NCBI GenBank assembly: GCA_038820405.1
Contig: JAWAXL010000001.1
Coordinates: 1,208 to 65,207, forward strand
Direction: 5' to 3'
DNA length: 64,000 nt
Source of the DNA: Candidatus Bathyarchaeia archaeon
Lineage (GTDB): Archaea; Thermoproteota; Bathyarchaeia; Bathyarchaeales; DTEX01
Of this stretch, positions 28,254 through 40,900 are shown piece after piece. Made by a program: the position numbers and the translations under genes. The notes under the pieces are model-generated. The model was not told the DNA's origin. It saw only the letters and a list, made by a program, of their open reading frames with translations, and ran no database searches. How positions within the stretch are numbered: position 1 is the first letter of the stretch; every line of letters begins with the position of its first letter.

Positions 28254-29075
28254 ATGAAGTTGGATCCTCTTCAATTTACTGGTCCTTATATGGGGTTCAA
28301 ACTGGATTTTCATGAAAATTGGATTACTGCTTGTAAACCCGGTAAGCTTTATTGCACAGAGACTTCTTTTCGCCTCAATATCTTTACTGCCCGTCTTAGT
28401 ATGGGAGAGGAGAAATCTTCCTAGATATAAATGCACATGGTTTAAACTTATTCTGCTAAGTTTAATAGGTGCTGCGAGTACGGCTTCAACCCACATGGGC
28501 TTATTACATGAGACTGTGGGCCTAAGTTCATTATTAACATATACGCAACCCCTTCTTTGTCTTTTGTCTAGCCGCAATATTCCTTAAGGAGAAAATTAAT
28601 GTTATTAGGATATTGGGCGTGATCCTCAGCTTTCTAGGCACAGTTATATTATATATTGATAAGATTCTCATCTTCCTAATTTTAGGAGCTTTTATTTGGG
28701 CAGTCACGGTAGTTTATTACAAGATATTTCTAAGGGATATGAAACCAGTGATTGCAAACATTATTCAGTTTTTAGTAGGATCCGCTTTTCTTTTTTCCTA
28801 TAGCATTTGTATTAGATGGGATGATCTTTAGCAGCGATGGGCTCTATATATTCTCAGTTCTTTATGCATCCCTACTTGGCTCTGCCCTAGCCTTCACAAT
28901 ATGGTTTTCACTTATCAGGGAGGAGGAAATGATTGTTATTTCAACTTCAAGTCTCGTTGTTCCAGTTATAGCGGCTCTTCTAAGCTGGCTCTTCATGGGA
29001 GAACGAATTGGATACAATCTTCTTACAAGCATGGTTCTTATATTGTCTGGGCTTTATCTAGTGAATGTTGGATAA
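28254..29075 (+). pseudogene. EamA/DMT permease disrupted by three frameshifts
   Basis: An EamA-like sequence is readable only by switching frame three times. MK|WILFNLLVLIWGSNWIFMKIG.. switches near 28259. ..LLTYTQP|FFVFCLAAIFLKEKINVIRILG.. switches in a C4 run near 28549-28552. ..QFLVGSAFL|FFFPIAFVLDGMIFSS.. switches in a T6 run at 28791-28796. Confidence 0.65.
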
Positions 29076-29152
29076 AGTGAGCTGTACTAAGCTGGCCCTT
29101 GCGTAATATATTAAATATAGCTCCTAAACTATTTTTTTATGGGGCATTTAAG

Positions 29153-31276
29153 ATGCCAATTTCTTTTATCCGTAAAAGGGATGGCCGTATAGTTGAGTTT
29201 GATCCAACGAAGATCACTAATGCAATACATAAGGCTATTGTGGCTGTTAAGGGTGAGGATGGCGAATTGGCCGCTAAACTCTCAGCACAAGTCATCGCTA
29301 TATTAGAGGAGAGATTCAAGGATAGGATGCCAAGCGTTGAAGATGTACAAGATATTGTTGAGCGGGTTTTGATAAGGAATGGTTATGTTACAGTCGCCAA
29401 GGCATATATACTCTACAGGCACCATAGGACTGAACTTAGGGAGAAAAAGAAGCTCTTGGGTGTAACGGACGATCTAAAGCTATCGCTGAATTCAATAACG
29501 GTTCTGGAACGGAGGTACCTCCTAAAGGATGAAACTGGAAGGGTTATCGAGACACCATCACAAATGTTCCGTAGGGTTGCCAGAGCAATAGCTAAGGTTG
29601 ATCTCCTACACGATAAGGGTGCAGATATAGAGAGAGTTGAAGAGGAATTCTATAGGATTATGGCTAACTTAGAGTTCCTACCGAACTCACCGACACTAAT
29701 GAACGCTGGCACAGAGATAGGTCAGCTCTCAGCCTGCTTCGTCCTACCAATTGGAGATTCCATAGAAGAGATATTTGATGCGCTAAAGTACATGGCGTTG
29801 ATACATAAATCTGGTGGTGGAACGGGCTTCTCGTTCTCAAGGCTTAGACCAAAGGGGGATGTTGTTAAGTCCACTATGGGCGTTGCTAGTGGGCCTGTCT
29901 CATTTATGAAAATCTTTGATGCTGCAACTGAGGTTATTAAGCAGGGTGGTAGGCGCCGTGGTGCCAATATGGGTATACTTAGGGTCGATCACCCAGACAT
30001 AATTGAGTTTATCACGGCTAAGGAGAGGGAGGGCGAGCTAGCGAATTTTAACATATCCGTCGCCGTTACAGATGAGTTCATGGAGGCGGTTGAGAATGAT
30101 AGATATTATAGCCTAATTAATCCAAGGAGTGGAGCGATAGTTAGGCGATTAAGGGCTAGAGACGTTTTCGATCTTATGGCTACGGCGGCGTGGAAGACTG
30201 GTGACCCGGGACTGATATTTATAGATGAGATTAATCGGAGGAACCCAACGCCTCATGTCGGCATAATTGAGAGTACAAACCCATGTGGTGAAGTTCCACT
30301 ATTACCCTACGAGAGCTGCAATTTAGGCTCAATAAATTTGTCTAAAATGGTTAGGAACGGAGAAACTGATTGGGAGAAGCTTAGGCGGACTGTTAGAACG
30401 GCAATTCACTTCCTAGATAACGTTATAGATGCCAATAAATATCCTATACCGCAGGTTGAGACTGCCACGAAAGCTAATAGGAAGATAGGTTTAGGTGTTA
30501 TGGGCTGGACTGAGATGTTGATAAAGCTTGAAACACCCTATGACTCTGAGGAGGCTATCATGATGGCTGAGAAAGTCATGAGCTTCATATCAGAGGAGGC
30601 TAGGAAGATGTCTGTAGAGCTAGGGGAGATAAGAGGCTCATTCCCAAACTTTCCTGGGAGCATATGGGAGAAGATGGGCTATAAGGCCATGAGGAATGCA
30701 ACCGTGACGTCGATAGCCCCAACTGGAACAATAAGTATTATCGCTGGAACATCTAGTGGAATAGAGCCTTTATTTGCCATAGCCTTCGTAAGGAATGTCA
30801 TGGGGACGCATCTTTTTGAGGTTAACCCAGTCTTCGAGCAGAAAGCCAAAGAAAGAGGATTCTATAGCACAGACTTGATCTCAAAGGTTGCTAGGACTGG
30901 TTCAGTTCAGGGGTTAGATGAGGTCCCATCTGACGTGAAGAGATTGTTTAAGACCGCCCTTGAAATATCACCTGAATGGCATGTGCGGATGCAGGCAGCA
31001 TTCCAGAAGTATGTGGATAATGCCGTTGCGAAGACCGTTAATCTGCCCCCAGATGCAACTGTAGAGGATGTGAGGAGAATATTTATGATGGCTTGGAAGC
31101 TTAAATGTAAAGGTATAACGGTCTACAGGTATGGGAGTAAAGCCCAGCAGGTTCTCATAATTGGTGGTCTTACAACGCCAAGCACTCTTAAAACGACGCC
31201 ACATATCCCACCACCATACACTCAAGCACCAGAAGAATATGCTGGTGAGTGCCCAACTGGAGTATGCCTATACTAG
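29153..31276 (+). CDS. nrdJ: adenosylcobalamin-dependent ribonucleoside-triphosphate/diphosphate reductase (class II RNR) with N-terminal ATP-cone
   Basis: ATP-cone [23 protein letters not shown] core motifs [25 protein letters not shown] (thiyl Cys), GIEPLFA, and a C-terminal Cys pair. The track start 29099 is in frame upstream. Confidence 0.9.
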   Translation: MPISFIRKRDGRIVEFDPTKITNAIHKAIVAVKGEDGELAAKLSAQVIAILEERFKDRMPSVEDVQDIVERVLIRNGYVTVAKAYILYRHHRTELREKKKLLGVTDDLKLSLNSITVLERRYLLKDETGRVIETPSQMFRRVARAIAKVDLLHDKGADIERVEEEFYRIMANLEFLPNSPTLMNAGTEIGQLSACFVLPIGDSIEEIFDALKYMALIHKSGGGTGFSFSRLRPKGDVVKSTMGVASGPVSFMKIFDAATEVIKQGGRRRGANMGILRVDHPDIIEFITAKEREGELANFNISVAVTDEFMEAVENDRYYSLINPRSGAIVRRLRARDVFDLMATAAWKTGDPGLIFIDEINRRNPTPHVGIIESTNPCGEVPLLPYESCNLGSINLSKMVRNGETDWEKLRRTVRTAIHFLDNVIDANKYPIPQVETATKANRKIGLGVMGWTEMLIKLETPYDSEEAIMMAEKVMSFISEEARKMSVELGEIRGSFPNFPGSIWEKMGYKAMRNATVTSIAPTGTISIIAGTSSGIEPLFAIAFVRNVMGTHLFEVNPVFEQKAKERGFYSTDLISKVARTGSVQGLDEVPSDVKRLFKTALEISPEWHVRMQAAFQKYVDNAVAKTVNLPPDATVEDVRRIFMMAWKLKCKGITVYRYGSKAQQVLIIGGLTTPSTLKTTPHIPPPYTQAPEEYAGECPTGVCLY

Positions 31277-31517
31277 CAGAAAAATCATTTATTAAGCTCG
31301 ATGAGTCATATTATTGATGAAGTTATAGTCGCTTCATCCAAGATATACTTTGATGCTAGTCGCCAAAAGGAGATTGAGATTTAATTGCCCATTTATCGAA
31401 GAAGATTAAAATTAGGAATAGAATAAAGGTTTGAGATGCTGAAAGGTGAGTCAATCAATAATATAGAGCCGAGCCAATATTAAGAGTGGTTAACAGAGAT
31501 CTAGAACCATGTAAAAG

Positions 31518-32117
31518 ATGGAGGGGGAGGTAATTTTGAAGTATAAGGTTGGTAAGGGAGATGCGTTAATAATAATTGACGTTCAGGTAGACTTCTGTCC
31601 AGGAGGAGCATTACCAGTCCCAGACGGCGACAAAGTAGTTCCAGTCCTTAACGAGTACATTAGGAAATTTGAGGCTGCCAGCGCACTTATTGTCGCCACT
31701 AGGGATTGGCACCCGCCAAACCACATATCTTTTAGGGATCAAGGAGGACCCTGGCCACCCCACTGTATCCAGGGGACCAGGGGTGCTGAGTTTCATCCAG
31801 ATATAAGGCTTCCAAAAGGAACAATTATAATTTCTAAGGCTACTGATCCATTCAAGGAGGCGTACTCTGGGTTTGAGGGAACGGACTTAGCTACTAAGTT
31901 GAGGGGGGCTGGTATTAAGAGGGTCTTTGTAGGGGGTTTAGCCACGGAATACTGTGTCAAAAGTACTGTTTTGGACGCCATAAAATGTGGCTTCGAGACA
32001 TTCCTCTTGAAGGATGCCGTAAGGGGGATAGATGCAAATTCAGGGGATATAGAAAAGGCTATAAAAGAGATGCTTGAGGAGGGCGCTAAAGATATAACTC
32101 TAGTGGAAATAGAATAA
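31518..32117 (+). CDS. pncA: nicotinamidase/pyrazinamidase (isochorismatase family)
   Basis: Catalytic and metal motifs IIDVQVDF, DWHPPNHISF, SKATD and ATEYCV. Confidence 0.8.
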   Translation: MEGEVILKYKVGKGDALIIIDVQVDFCPGGALPVPDGDKVVPVLNEYIRKFEAASALIVATRDWHPPNHISFRDQGGPWPPHCIQGTRGAEFHPDIRLPKGTIIISKATDPFKEAYSGFEGTDLATKLRGAGIKRVFVGGLATEYCVKSTVLDAIKCGFETFLLKDAVRGIDANSGDIEKAIKEMLEEGAKDITLVEIE

Positions 32118-32461
32118 GATTCAAGAATTCATCTCTCTTGTTAATTGTGGAGATAAATAGATTTGTGAAATCCTGAAAAATAATCATGGTGTAGATGTCT
32201 CTCACATCTTTCTTTTAGAAATCAAAAGCGAAATCTCTAACCCTTACTCAATTTTTATGCAATATTTTAAACATTTTATCATATTAACGGAACCTATCCT
32301 CTCCCCGCTTCATATAACAGCTGAAAATCGTCTCTGAAAAATAAATAGCCAAAAAATTTCTCTTAGCATCTAAAGAGTTGGGAATTTGGTGAATAATTGT
32401 GAGAAAAGCGTTGGCTTATTGAGTTGCTTATGAAGATAGAGGAGAATTGTCTAGAAAGGGT

Positions 32462-32700
32462 TTAAGATCCAGAGGATTCGTTTGTAAGCTGCGTTATTCC
32501 GTGCTTCCTAGAGATCTCAAATGCGTTGACCAGATACTTCACCACGGATTTATGACTGATAAAGGTTTCTCTTCTACTAGATCTAAGAATTTTTATGCCA
32601 GATCTAGTGTTATCACGCCTTCTGGGATAATCTTTCTTCCCCCATTCATCCTCACGAATAAAATATTTGATCAAAGTTGAGGAGTCAATAACCCTCTTCT
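32462..32700 (-). pseudogene. PIN-domain (VapC-like) toxin remnant
   Basis: The minus-strand frame reads ..RVIDSSTLIKYFIREDEWGK...AFEISRKHGIT.., PIN-like at the N-terminus and mid-region. It has no usable start codon (TGA immediately upstream) and a non-PIN C-terminus. A tiny upstream MIKIGYSFKGCEAE* could be an antitoxin stub. Confidence 0.3.
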
Positions 32701-32994
32701 CTCATAGATTTCTCGGAGGAGCCTGCTTTACTCAGCTTCGCATCCTTTAAAAGAATATCCAATTTTAATCATCACCTTCCATGCTAACTCCCTTTAATAT
32801 TTTCTGATTAGCCCGCCTACATCCAAGCTACATTATTCTAAACAGCTTCTTGATTACTTCTCTAATCCTAGTACTGATCACAATACTCGTAAACGCAACT
32901 ACAATTATAACCGTTAATAAATCATAAACATTCCCGTTTACATAAAATAAAGAAAAAAAAGCTCTTGGAAGGAAAAAGATACCGGTTAAAATTT

Positions 32995-33072
32995 TGGTGG
33001 ACCGGGCGGGATTTGAACCCGCGACCTCCTGATTGCAAATCAGGCGTTCATACCAGGCTGAACTACCGGCCC
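32995..33072 (-). tRNA. tRNA-Ala(UGC), CCA encoded
   Basis: Hand-folded as GGGCCGG TA GTTC AGCCTGGTAT GAAC G CCTGA TTTGCAA TCAGG AGGTC GCGGG TTCAAAT CCCGC CCGGTCC A CCA. The G3:U70 alanine identity pair is present. Confidence 0.92.
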
Positions 33073-33262
33073 AACACTAAATATCCTCTGGGATACCTAA
33101 TCATTAAATTTGCTATATATTCCTTTCCTTCTCTAATAACTAATATTATTAGGCTTCAATCAGATATTGTTTACAATAGGTTGTGAGGTTAATCTTCTTT
33201 AGAAAATTTAAATATTGTTGTATATCTATTAATTCTATCTGAAGTCTTAATAAAGCGAGGAG

Positions 33263-33550
33263 ATGTTGAGGATGCATAAAGACCAGGTTATTGGTTCTAT
33301 AATCTTGATCGTCTCAGTTATAATTATAATAGTTTATATCTGGCTAGTCTTCTTCCCTCCATTGGCTGGGGTGGATTTATTCCTCCTTAAGCTCACTGGC
33401 GCCGTCGCTATCGCTGGAATATTCGCCATACTTGGCTGGATAGGGTATACATTTGCAACAACGCCACCTCCAAAGCCCATAGAAGAGATAGAAAAGGAAA
33501 TAGAGGGTGAGATTAAGAAGGCAGAGGGCCAGAAAGAAGAGCAAAAATAA
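33263..33550 (+). CDS. small 2-TM membrane protein with acidic/lysine-rich C-terminal tail
   Basis: 95 aa with two hydrophobic helices followed by PPPKPIEEIEKEIEGEIKKAEGQKEEQK. GAGGAG SD-like sequence lies upstream. No family recognised. Confidence 0.45.
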   Translation: MLRMHKDQVIGSIILIVSVIIIIVYIWLVFFPPLAGVDLFLLKLTGAVAIAGIFAILGWIGYTFATTPPPKPIEEIEKEIEGEIKKAEGQKEEQK

Positions 33551-33684
33551 TTTTCTCTATTTTTACTTAAACTATCTTTACCTTCCACTAATTATTTCAG
33601 GAGCAAGTGCACCAAAACTGGATTAAAAGTTTTGAGTTGAGATCTACAATTCTCAGTAACTTAAATGTAAAGGTTTTGCTAGTC

Positions 33685-33924
33685 CTACTCTATTGGAATT
33701 GGCTCCCATTCACCGCCCTTCCTTGGAAGTCTTATTCTAAGGTGTCCTTCCCTATACTCAACCTTAACATCTTCCTTCTTTAGATATCGTGGGATTCTCA
33801 GCGTCAAAATAATTTCATCAGCAGTTCTTTCTATATCGATTCAGTGGGGGAGCAGCCACTCAAGATCACCTATGCCAAAGCCAAAGGGACCTATACGAAT
33901 GAAATGACATGGCAATTTCCTCAC
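33685..33924 (-). pseudogene. Hsp20/alpha-crystallin-like remnant with in-frame TGA
   Basis: A GTG-started frame reads ..GFGIGDLEWLLPH*IDIERTADEIILTLRIPRYLKKEDVKVEYREGHLRIRLPRKG... This is ACD-like (P-x-x-D-I-x-E-T..lP...KEDv.V), but it carries a TGA at 33843..33841 and is far shorter than a full ACD. Confidence 0.3.
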
Positions 33925-34089
33925 CCCTAGATTATGCTCCCCACAAAATAAATTATTATTAAGGCACAATAAAAACTAATCTCTCACCCTACTTTTTTTT
34001 AATACTACACACAAAACACTTAAAAAGGTTAAAAGAGAAATGAAAAATGGGAAACTAGATGGTAGGAGAAAAAAATATAACAAGGGAAT

Positions 34090-35325
34090 TTAGGATTTTG
34101 CAAACCTCTTTGCAGCCTCTTCCAGAGCTACTACGCCTGGCAGTTTCCTGCCCATTAGGAATTCTATTAACGCTCCACCAGCCGTACTTATATAACTCAT
34201 TTTATCAGCTAGCCCTAAACTCTGAACTGCAGCTATGCTATGTCCACCACCGATTAGGGTGAAAGCTCTTGAGGAGGCCATAGCCTCGAAGAGCTCCTTA
34301 GTTCCTTTCCTAAACTCTTCCTTCTCAAACACTCCTGGTGGGCCGCTGAAGACAATCGACTTAGCCTTCATTATTAGGTCCTTATACCTTTCAATAGTCT
34401 TAGTTCCAATGTCATATATTGGATAATTTGTCGGAAGATCCTTTAAGGTTATTTCTCTTCTTTTACCCTCAATCTCAATAGCTAAATCTATGGGAGTCTC
34501 GATTCTGCCGGGATATTTATTTATTAATTCCTTTATTCCTGGAATGAGATCTAGCAACTTATTCTTCTCAAGCATCTCCATATTTGGCTTCCCAAGGTCA
34601 TAACCCTTAGCTACGAGGAATAAGTGGCCAGTTATTCCAGCTGTTAGAACATAATCGGCAATATTATTATCCAGTACATACTTTGATATTCTGAGCGAAT
34701 CGTCAGCCTTAGCCCCGCCAAGTATATAGAGACATGGCTTCTCCGGGTTCTCCATAACTTTGGCAAGAGCCTTCAGCTCTCTCTCCATAATCCTCCCAGC
34801 GGCGCTTGGAAGGACAACAGTAAAGCCAACTATTGAGGCGTGGCCCCTATGGGCTGCGGCAAAAGCATCGTTAACGAAGAGGTTTGCTAGTGGCGCAAGG
34901 TTCTTGACCATCTCGGACTTAGCGTGCTCCTCAGGAGGCGCATCCTTAGCCTCTTTTGGGAAGTTTCTAACGTTGTCTAGAACGAGTATCTCACCACTCT
35001 TGAGATCCCTTATAGCCCTCTGGGCTTTCTCTTCGAAGACATCATTCACATATTTGACTGGTTTACCCAGAATCTTACTCAGTATCTCAGCATGCTGTTG
35101 GAGTGGTATGAAGTCTGGATCACCCGGCCTTCCCTGATGGGCTAATATAACGACCTTAGCGCCCCTCTCCGATAGCTCCTTTATGGTGGTCTCACCATGA
35201 GCCCTAATCCTTGTATCATCAATTATCTTCTTTGTCTGCGGATCAACTGGTGAATTGAAATCAACCCTAACAAGAACAACCTTATCCTTAACATCAAAAT
35301 CATCTAAAGTTAAAAATTTTGGCAT
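34090..35325 (-). CDS. pgk: phosphoglycerate kinase
   Basis: 411 aa with VLVRVDFNSPV, ILAHQGRPG, NDAFAAAHR and ISTAGGALIEFL motifs. Confidence 0.92.
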   Translation of the reverse strand: MPKFLTLDDFDVKDKVVLVRVDFNSPVDPQTKKIIDDTRIRAHGETTIKELSERGAKVVILAHQGRPGDPDFIPLQQHAEILSKILGKPVKYVNDVFEEKAQRAIRDLKSGEILVLDNVRNFPKEAKDAPPEEHAKSEMVKNLAPLANLFVNDAFAAAHRGHASIVGFTVVLPSAAGRIMERELKALAKVMENPEKPCLYILGGAKADDSLRISKYVLDNNIADYVLTAGITGHLFLVAKGYDLGKPNMEMLEKNKLLDLIPGIKELINKYPGRIETPIDLAIEIEGKRREITLKDLPTNYPIYDIGTKTIERYKDLIMKAKSIVFSGPPGVFEKEEFRKGTKELFEAMASSRAFTLIGGGHSIAAVQSLGLADKMSYISTAGGALIEFLMGRKLPGVVALEEAAKRFAKS

Positions 35326-35394
35326 ATCTCCCCCTCCAATCCTAGATTTTATGTTAAGGAAAAATTAAAAGGATATTTATGTTTTGTTCGTTGA

Positions 35395-36456
<1,062 letters not shown>

Positions 36457-36516
36457 TTATTAATTTTTCTTAACATTGACGTTAAATGTTATGCTTAAAT
36501 TCCATGGTACTTGATC

Positions 36517-36906
36517 TCAAATATTTTTCACTTCCATACCTAAGCTTTCTAGGAGCTTGGCTATGAAGCGCCTATGACAATGTCTGATATTTCTCTCCCT
36601 GCACATGAATGCAACCACCCCTCTTTTGGCGATCTCAATTAGTGTATTAAGGCCATCTTTAAACTTCTGGGTCTCCATATATTTCTCATAGCCTTCCCTA
36701 ATAAAGCCGCCTAGACTCTCACCAAGAAAAATATACTTTATTCCATTTTCCTTCAAGGTTTTCTCTAAGTTTTCTCTGCTAAATTCTACATTGCTGCTTT
36801 TTGGAAAACGCCTCACGTCAACTACTACAGTAATATTGTTCTTCTTTAGAAGATTGATGAATTCGGTGATTGTTCTACCCCAATAACCTATACTATAGAT
36901 GACCAT
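36517..36906 (-). CDS. DUF488 family protein
   Basis: 129 aa. IYSIGYWGRTITEFINLLKKNNITVVVDVRRFPKS.. and C-terminal CRERNIRHCHRRFI are typical of DUF488. Confidence 0.65.
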   Translation of the reverse strand: MVIYSIGYWGRTITEFINLLKKNNITVVVDVRRFPKSSNVEFSRENLEKTLKENGIKYIFLGESLGGFIREGYEKYMETQKFKDGLNTLIEIAKRGVVAFMCRERNIRHCHRRFIAKLLESLGMEVKNI

Positions 36907-37016
36907 ATGAGCGCCTCGTTAAACATATTATCATAGAAGAATAAATAGAAAGGATTAAAGCGGAGTCTCATTTAATTCTTGATGTGCTGTAATAGTGGAT
37001 CTAGGGGGAATGTTAT

Positions 37017-37910
37017 TTGAGGGTTGTTGGTGGACCATCTTCCCTAGATTTAGCCAGAAGGATAAGTGAGCTCCTAAATGCCCCGCTAGTCGACGTTAGA
37101 ATGAAACGTTTCCCTGACGGAGAATTCTACTTTAAGTTTGAGGAGAACATTGCTGGAGAGCACATCATAGTTGTACAGAGTCTGGAGTCCCCGCAGGATA
37201 TACATTCCATGGAGTTATTTCTAATACTGCATACCATGAGGGATCTCGGTGCGGAGACAATCAGGGTCTTCATCCCATATCTCGCATACAGCCGTCAGGA
37301 TAGACGGTACCTTGAGGGCGAGTGCTTAAGCTCAGCTGTAATAGCTGAGACAATTGAGAATTTAGGTGCTGACGCCCTATATACTATTGACGTACATAAT
37401 GAAAGGGTTCTAAAAATGTATAAGATTCCAGTGTATAATTTAACTGCCTCCGGCGAGCTGGTAAGATATTTTACCGGAAAGGGACTGAGGGATCCAGTTA
37501 TTATAGCCCCTGATGATGAGGATATGGCTAAGAGGAGGGCTCAATATGCCGCTAGGATACTTAATGCCGATTGGGATGCCCTAAAGAAGAAAAGAGACCG
37601 CTATACGGGGGAAATAGTAACTTTCTCAAAGGAATTAAATGCCCGTGGCAGAGACATTATTATAATAGATGATATAGTGAGCACAGGTAAGACTGCGGCA
37701 AACGCCGCAAAGATACTTAAGGAGCAGGGTGCAAGAAGAATATTTCTTGGGGCATCACATCTCCTACTCATGGGGGATGCTGAGAAAATTATTATGGAGA
37801 GTGGAGTTGAAGAAATAGCTGGGACAGATAGTATTATAAATAAATATGCAAAGGTTTCTGTAGCCCCTATATTTGTAAGAGCCTTAAGTGGAGAAATAGA
37901 GCAATTATAG
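37017..37910 (+). CDS. prs: ribose-phosphate pyrophosphokinase
   Basis: FPDGE, YLAYSRQDRR, and the PRPP-binding loop IIIIDDIVSTGKT. Confidence 0.88.
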   Translation: MRVVGGPSSLDLARRISELLNAPLVDVRMKRFPDGEFYFKFEENIAGEHIIVVQSLESPQDIHSMELFLILHTMRDLGAETIRVFIPYLAYSRQDRRYLEGECLSSAVIAETIENLGADALYTIDVHNERVLKMYKIPVYNLTASGELVRYFTGKGLRDPVIIAPDDEDMAKRRAQYAARILNADWDALKKKRDRYTGEIVTFSKELNARGRDIIIIDDIVSTGKTAANAAKILKEQGARRIFLGASHLLLMGDAEKIIMESGVEEIAGTDSIINKYAKVSVAPIFVRALSGEIEQL

Positions 37911-37918
37911 CATTCGAC

Positions 37919-40900
37919 TTACTTGAGAAAGTCTGAGAGATTATACTGTCTAGCACCCTTCCCACTTTCAAACAGTGAATTTATCTCCTCCTTAATTAGA
38001 GATAGACGTTGGGCATAATACTCAAAAATACCATATTTTCTAACTAGGCGCCAAGCATCCTCCAAATATTTCTCAATAGTTCCCCTATGAACAGTTAGAG
38101 TCAGTTCGCCACCACATTCAGTGCAAACACCTTTAAGCGGCACGCGCCTAAATCGCCTATTGCACCTCTTACACCTAAAGCTTTGTGTTGCAAATGCCCT
38201 TAGATTTCCGGATATATCTCGAAGGAAGTGTGTGTTCAAAACAATCTCAGCTACAATGCGTGCATCAACGGCCTTAATCTTCTCTGCCAAGCCCAGCTGT
38301 GCATTTAGTTTATCAGTCATGCGCTTTAAAGTCTTATATACGCTTTCTCGGTTACAATTTTCAATGCTTGATGTTGGGACTGTAAACATTAGGCCTTTAA
38401 GGCGTAGCTCGGAATTAAGTCTATGCTTTACAGTATCAATAAGGTTCGATATGTCCCTAGCCTGAACTCTTTCAAAAGTTTTCCTATAGAACTCAAGGGG
38501 ATATCTACCTGCAACATCAAATTCATGTGCCTGTCTCTGAACCTCCTCTGGAACAACAGCGCGGATGATGAAGAGTGGTGTGTCCATTATCCCGCCTATC
38601 TGGTCTGGAATATACTCCTTAGAAAAGTTTAAGAGGGTATCTAAAGCCAGCACAATGCTATCCTCATCTCCATCACAGTCCCTACGTTTGGCTGAATGCC
38701 AGAAAGGATGTGCAAAACATACATTTAACCTGGTGAAGCCTATTATCCTGCCTAAAACCCCAGCGCATGTGTGCGGGGCTATCCCTATAATTATCTTGCC
38801 AATCAAATCTTGGGGTCTACTAACTCTATAATATGGTGGGAGCTCATATACTTTCTGAAGCAGTTCATCTATGAAGTTGGCAACGGCCACAAGATACTCA
38901 GCGCACTTCCATGGTATTATGACGTCCTGAACCTTAAGCTCACAGATCTGCTCTGGATCATTTAATGGATTACCTAAATAGTCATGAGTGTACCCTAGCT
39001 CCCGAAGTTTCTTAACCGAAATGCCTATTTCGGAGGGCTTAAAATGTGTTAGAGGTGCATTAGTCGTATCGAACCTTATTGTGCCATCTTTATAAACATA
39101 GAGGTTATACTTGGCTCTTAGAATACCTTTCTCAATTGGCTCTGGAATACGGAGTTTATTAGTTAGACCCTTAACTCCCTTAACCTCCTCAGGTCTAAAA
39201 CCAACTTTTTGGCAGGCTTCCTCAATTAAATCCTTAATGGATATTACCTGTGGGCAGAAGCTCCTTGTCTCAACATTGCATACAGGGCAAACATTTAGTG
39301 AGAGCTCTCTGCCACATTTTGGACAAATGAGTCTGAGATTTGTTTCCAAGCCGCATTCCGTACAGAGTCTTCTGAACGTTAGTTTTCGGCATTTTGAGCA
39401 AATTCTGCTGACTAGATCAACCCTAATGGTTCCCTTTTCATAAGCCTTCATTAGGTCTCTTCTGGCTCCACCGCTTAAACCAACTGGAAATAGAACGTGG
39501 ACTGGTGGCTTCATTTCACGCTCCTTAGCCTTTTCAGGCCGGCCAACCCTAGCGCCTATAAATGTTGGCGCCTTATCCTTAATGACGATTCCACTCAACG
39601 CCATTAGATTATCCAGGACTGACAAATCTTCAGAAATTATATGGTTCGAATTATATACCCCAAGAGAGAAGGCAAATGCGTGAGCATCGATCCCCTCAAT
39701 AACTATTTTATTATCATTAATTTTATGGGGAATGCATATCTCCTCAAGGGCTCCCTTCACGTTGAGATTAAGCGCTCCAGATACCTTGATTATAATATCC
39801 TCCTCATAAATTATGTCAGATGAGAGCAACCACTCTCTGATCATTTTAAGCTGTTTAACGTCAATATTAGACCAGAAGAAAGTGTATAAGGGGTGTAGTG
39901 GAATATTGAGCGCCTTACTCAATATTATAGCCTCCCGAACGCCCGGCTTATTATTAAATGGGTCTTCCATGAGAGCCCTTAGGAAAGAAGGGGAAAGACC
40001 AATCTTCGAGGCAGCCTCCTCAATGTTCCCATTGAACTCTTTCTTAATAGCTTCTCTAAGCTCCTCGGACCAAAACTCCTCAGTGTAGCTGGCTGGCAGA
40101 AGCTCCCTATTATTGTAAAGGAAGTCCCCAAAACTTATTAAAATATCTCCAAGAAAGAGGATCTTTTCAATATTTCTCTTCACAACCTCAATATTTTCAT
40201 AAGAAACTTTAACTACTGATCCGTCCCTCAGCTTAACGATCGGTGGTTCAATGTAATCCACTGGCATAACAATACCCGCTTTCCCAGGAGCTTCGATCTT
40301 AAGCTGCGTTCCACCAGCAAGAAAGTTCTGGAGGACTACCATTGTAAGCGGGTGAACCCCAAGCGCTGAGAGACCAGTATTTCTCGACCTACCATAGCGA
40401 AGTCTAAATCCACCCCTAGCCGAGGGGAAGCATAGTATAGGTCTTCCGGCGGGAACCTCCTCTATAAATCCAACTGAGGAAGCATTTGCCGCACCAGCCT
40501 TAATCTCCTTAAGCCAATCCCAGCCTTCAATCCCAAGATCCCTAACTACTGCTAGAACTTTAGCGGCTCTCCCAATAATCCCATCATTTACAACTCTAAG
40601 CGCTCCCCCTCTAACGCGGTTCGTCTCTATGCGTGGCAGATTCCTATATAACGTGACTTCAATCGGATCTGATGGAATTCCAGTAATCTCAACTGGAGTG
40701 TTCCTTAAAGCGAATCTAATCTGCTCATCAGAGACACTATATTGAAAGTTTCCAACCTCACGTTCATAGAGGCGAAGCTCCTCAATAAAACGCTCTATCT
40801 CCTCTTCAGTCGGCTTATACCTATCTAGGCGTAACAACTTACGGACAAAATCCGCGATTACTGGCGTGAGAGCTGCCTCTGTCCCCCCGGCTGATCGTAT

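Noticed and set aside
28155-28577. 140-aa minus-strand ORF
   Set aside because: It is antisense to the decayed EamA permease, whose three plus-strand frames together give a recognisable family sequence.
29076-29152. Cobalamin riboswitch upstream of the B12-dependent RNR
   Set aside because: The leader is less than 80 nt, AT-rich and dominated by a TATA-like element. That is far too short for a cobalamin riboswitch, and such riboswitches are not established in archaea.
32965-33186. 73-aa plus-strand ORF
   Set aside because: It runs straight through tRNA-Ala on the opposite strand, so it is spurious. The ORF 32447..32680(+) is likewise antisense to the PIN-like remnant.
33841-33843. In-frame TGA as selenocysteine codon
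   Set aside because: The surrounding gene is truncated relative to the ACD family. Sec is not expected at that position. I saw no obvious SECIS-like hairpin in the 3' region. Pseudogene is the simpler explanation.
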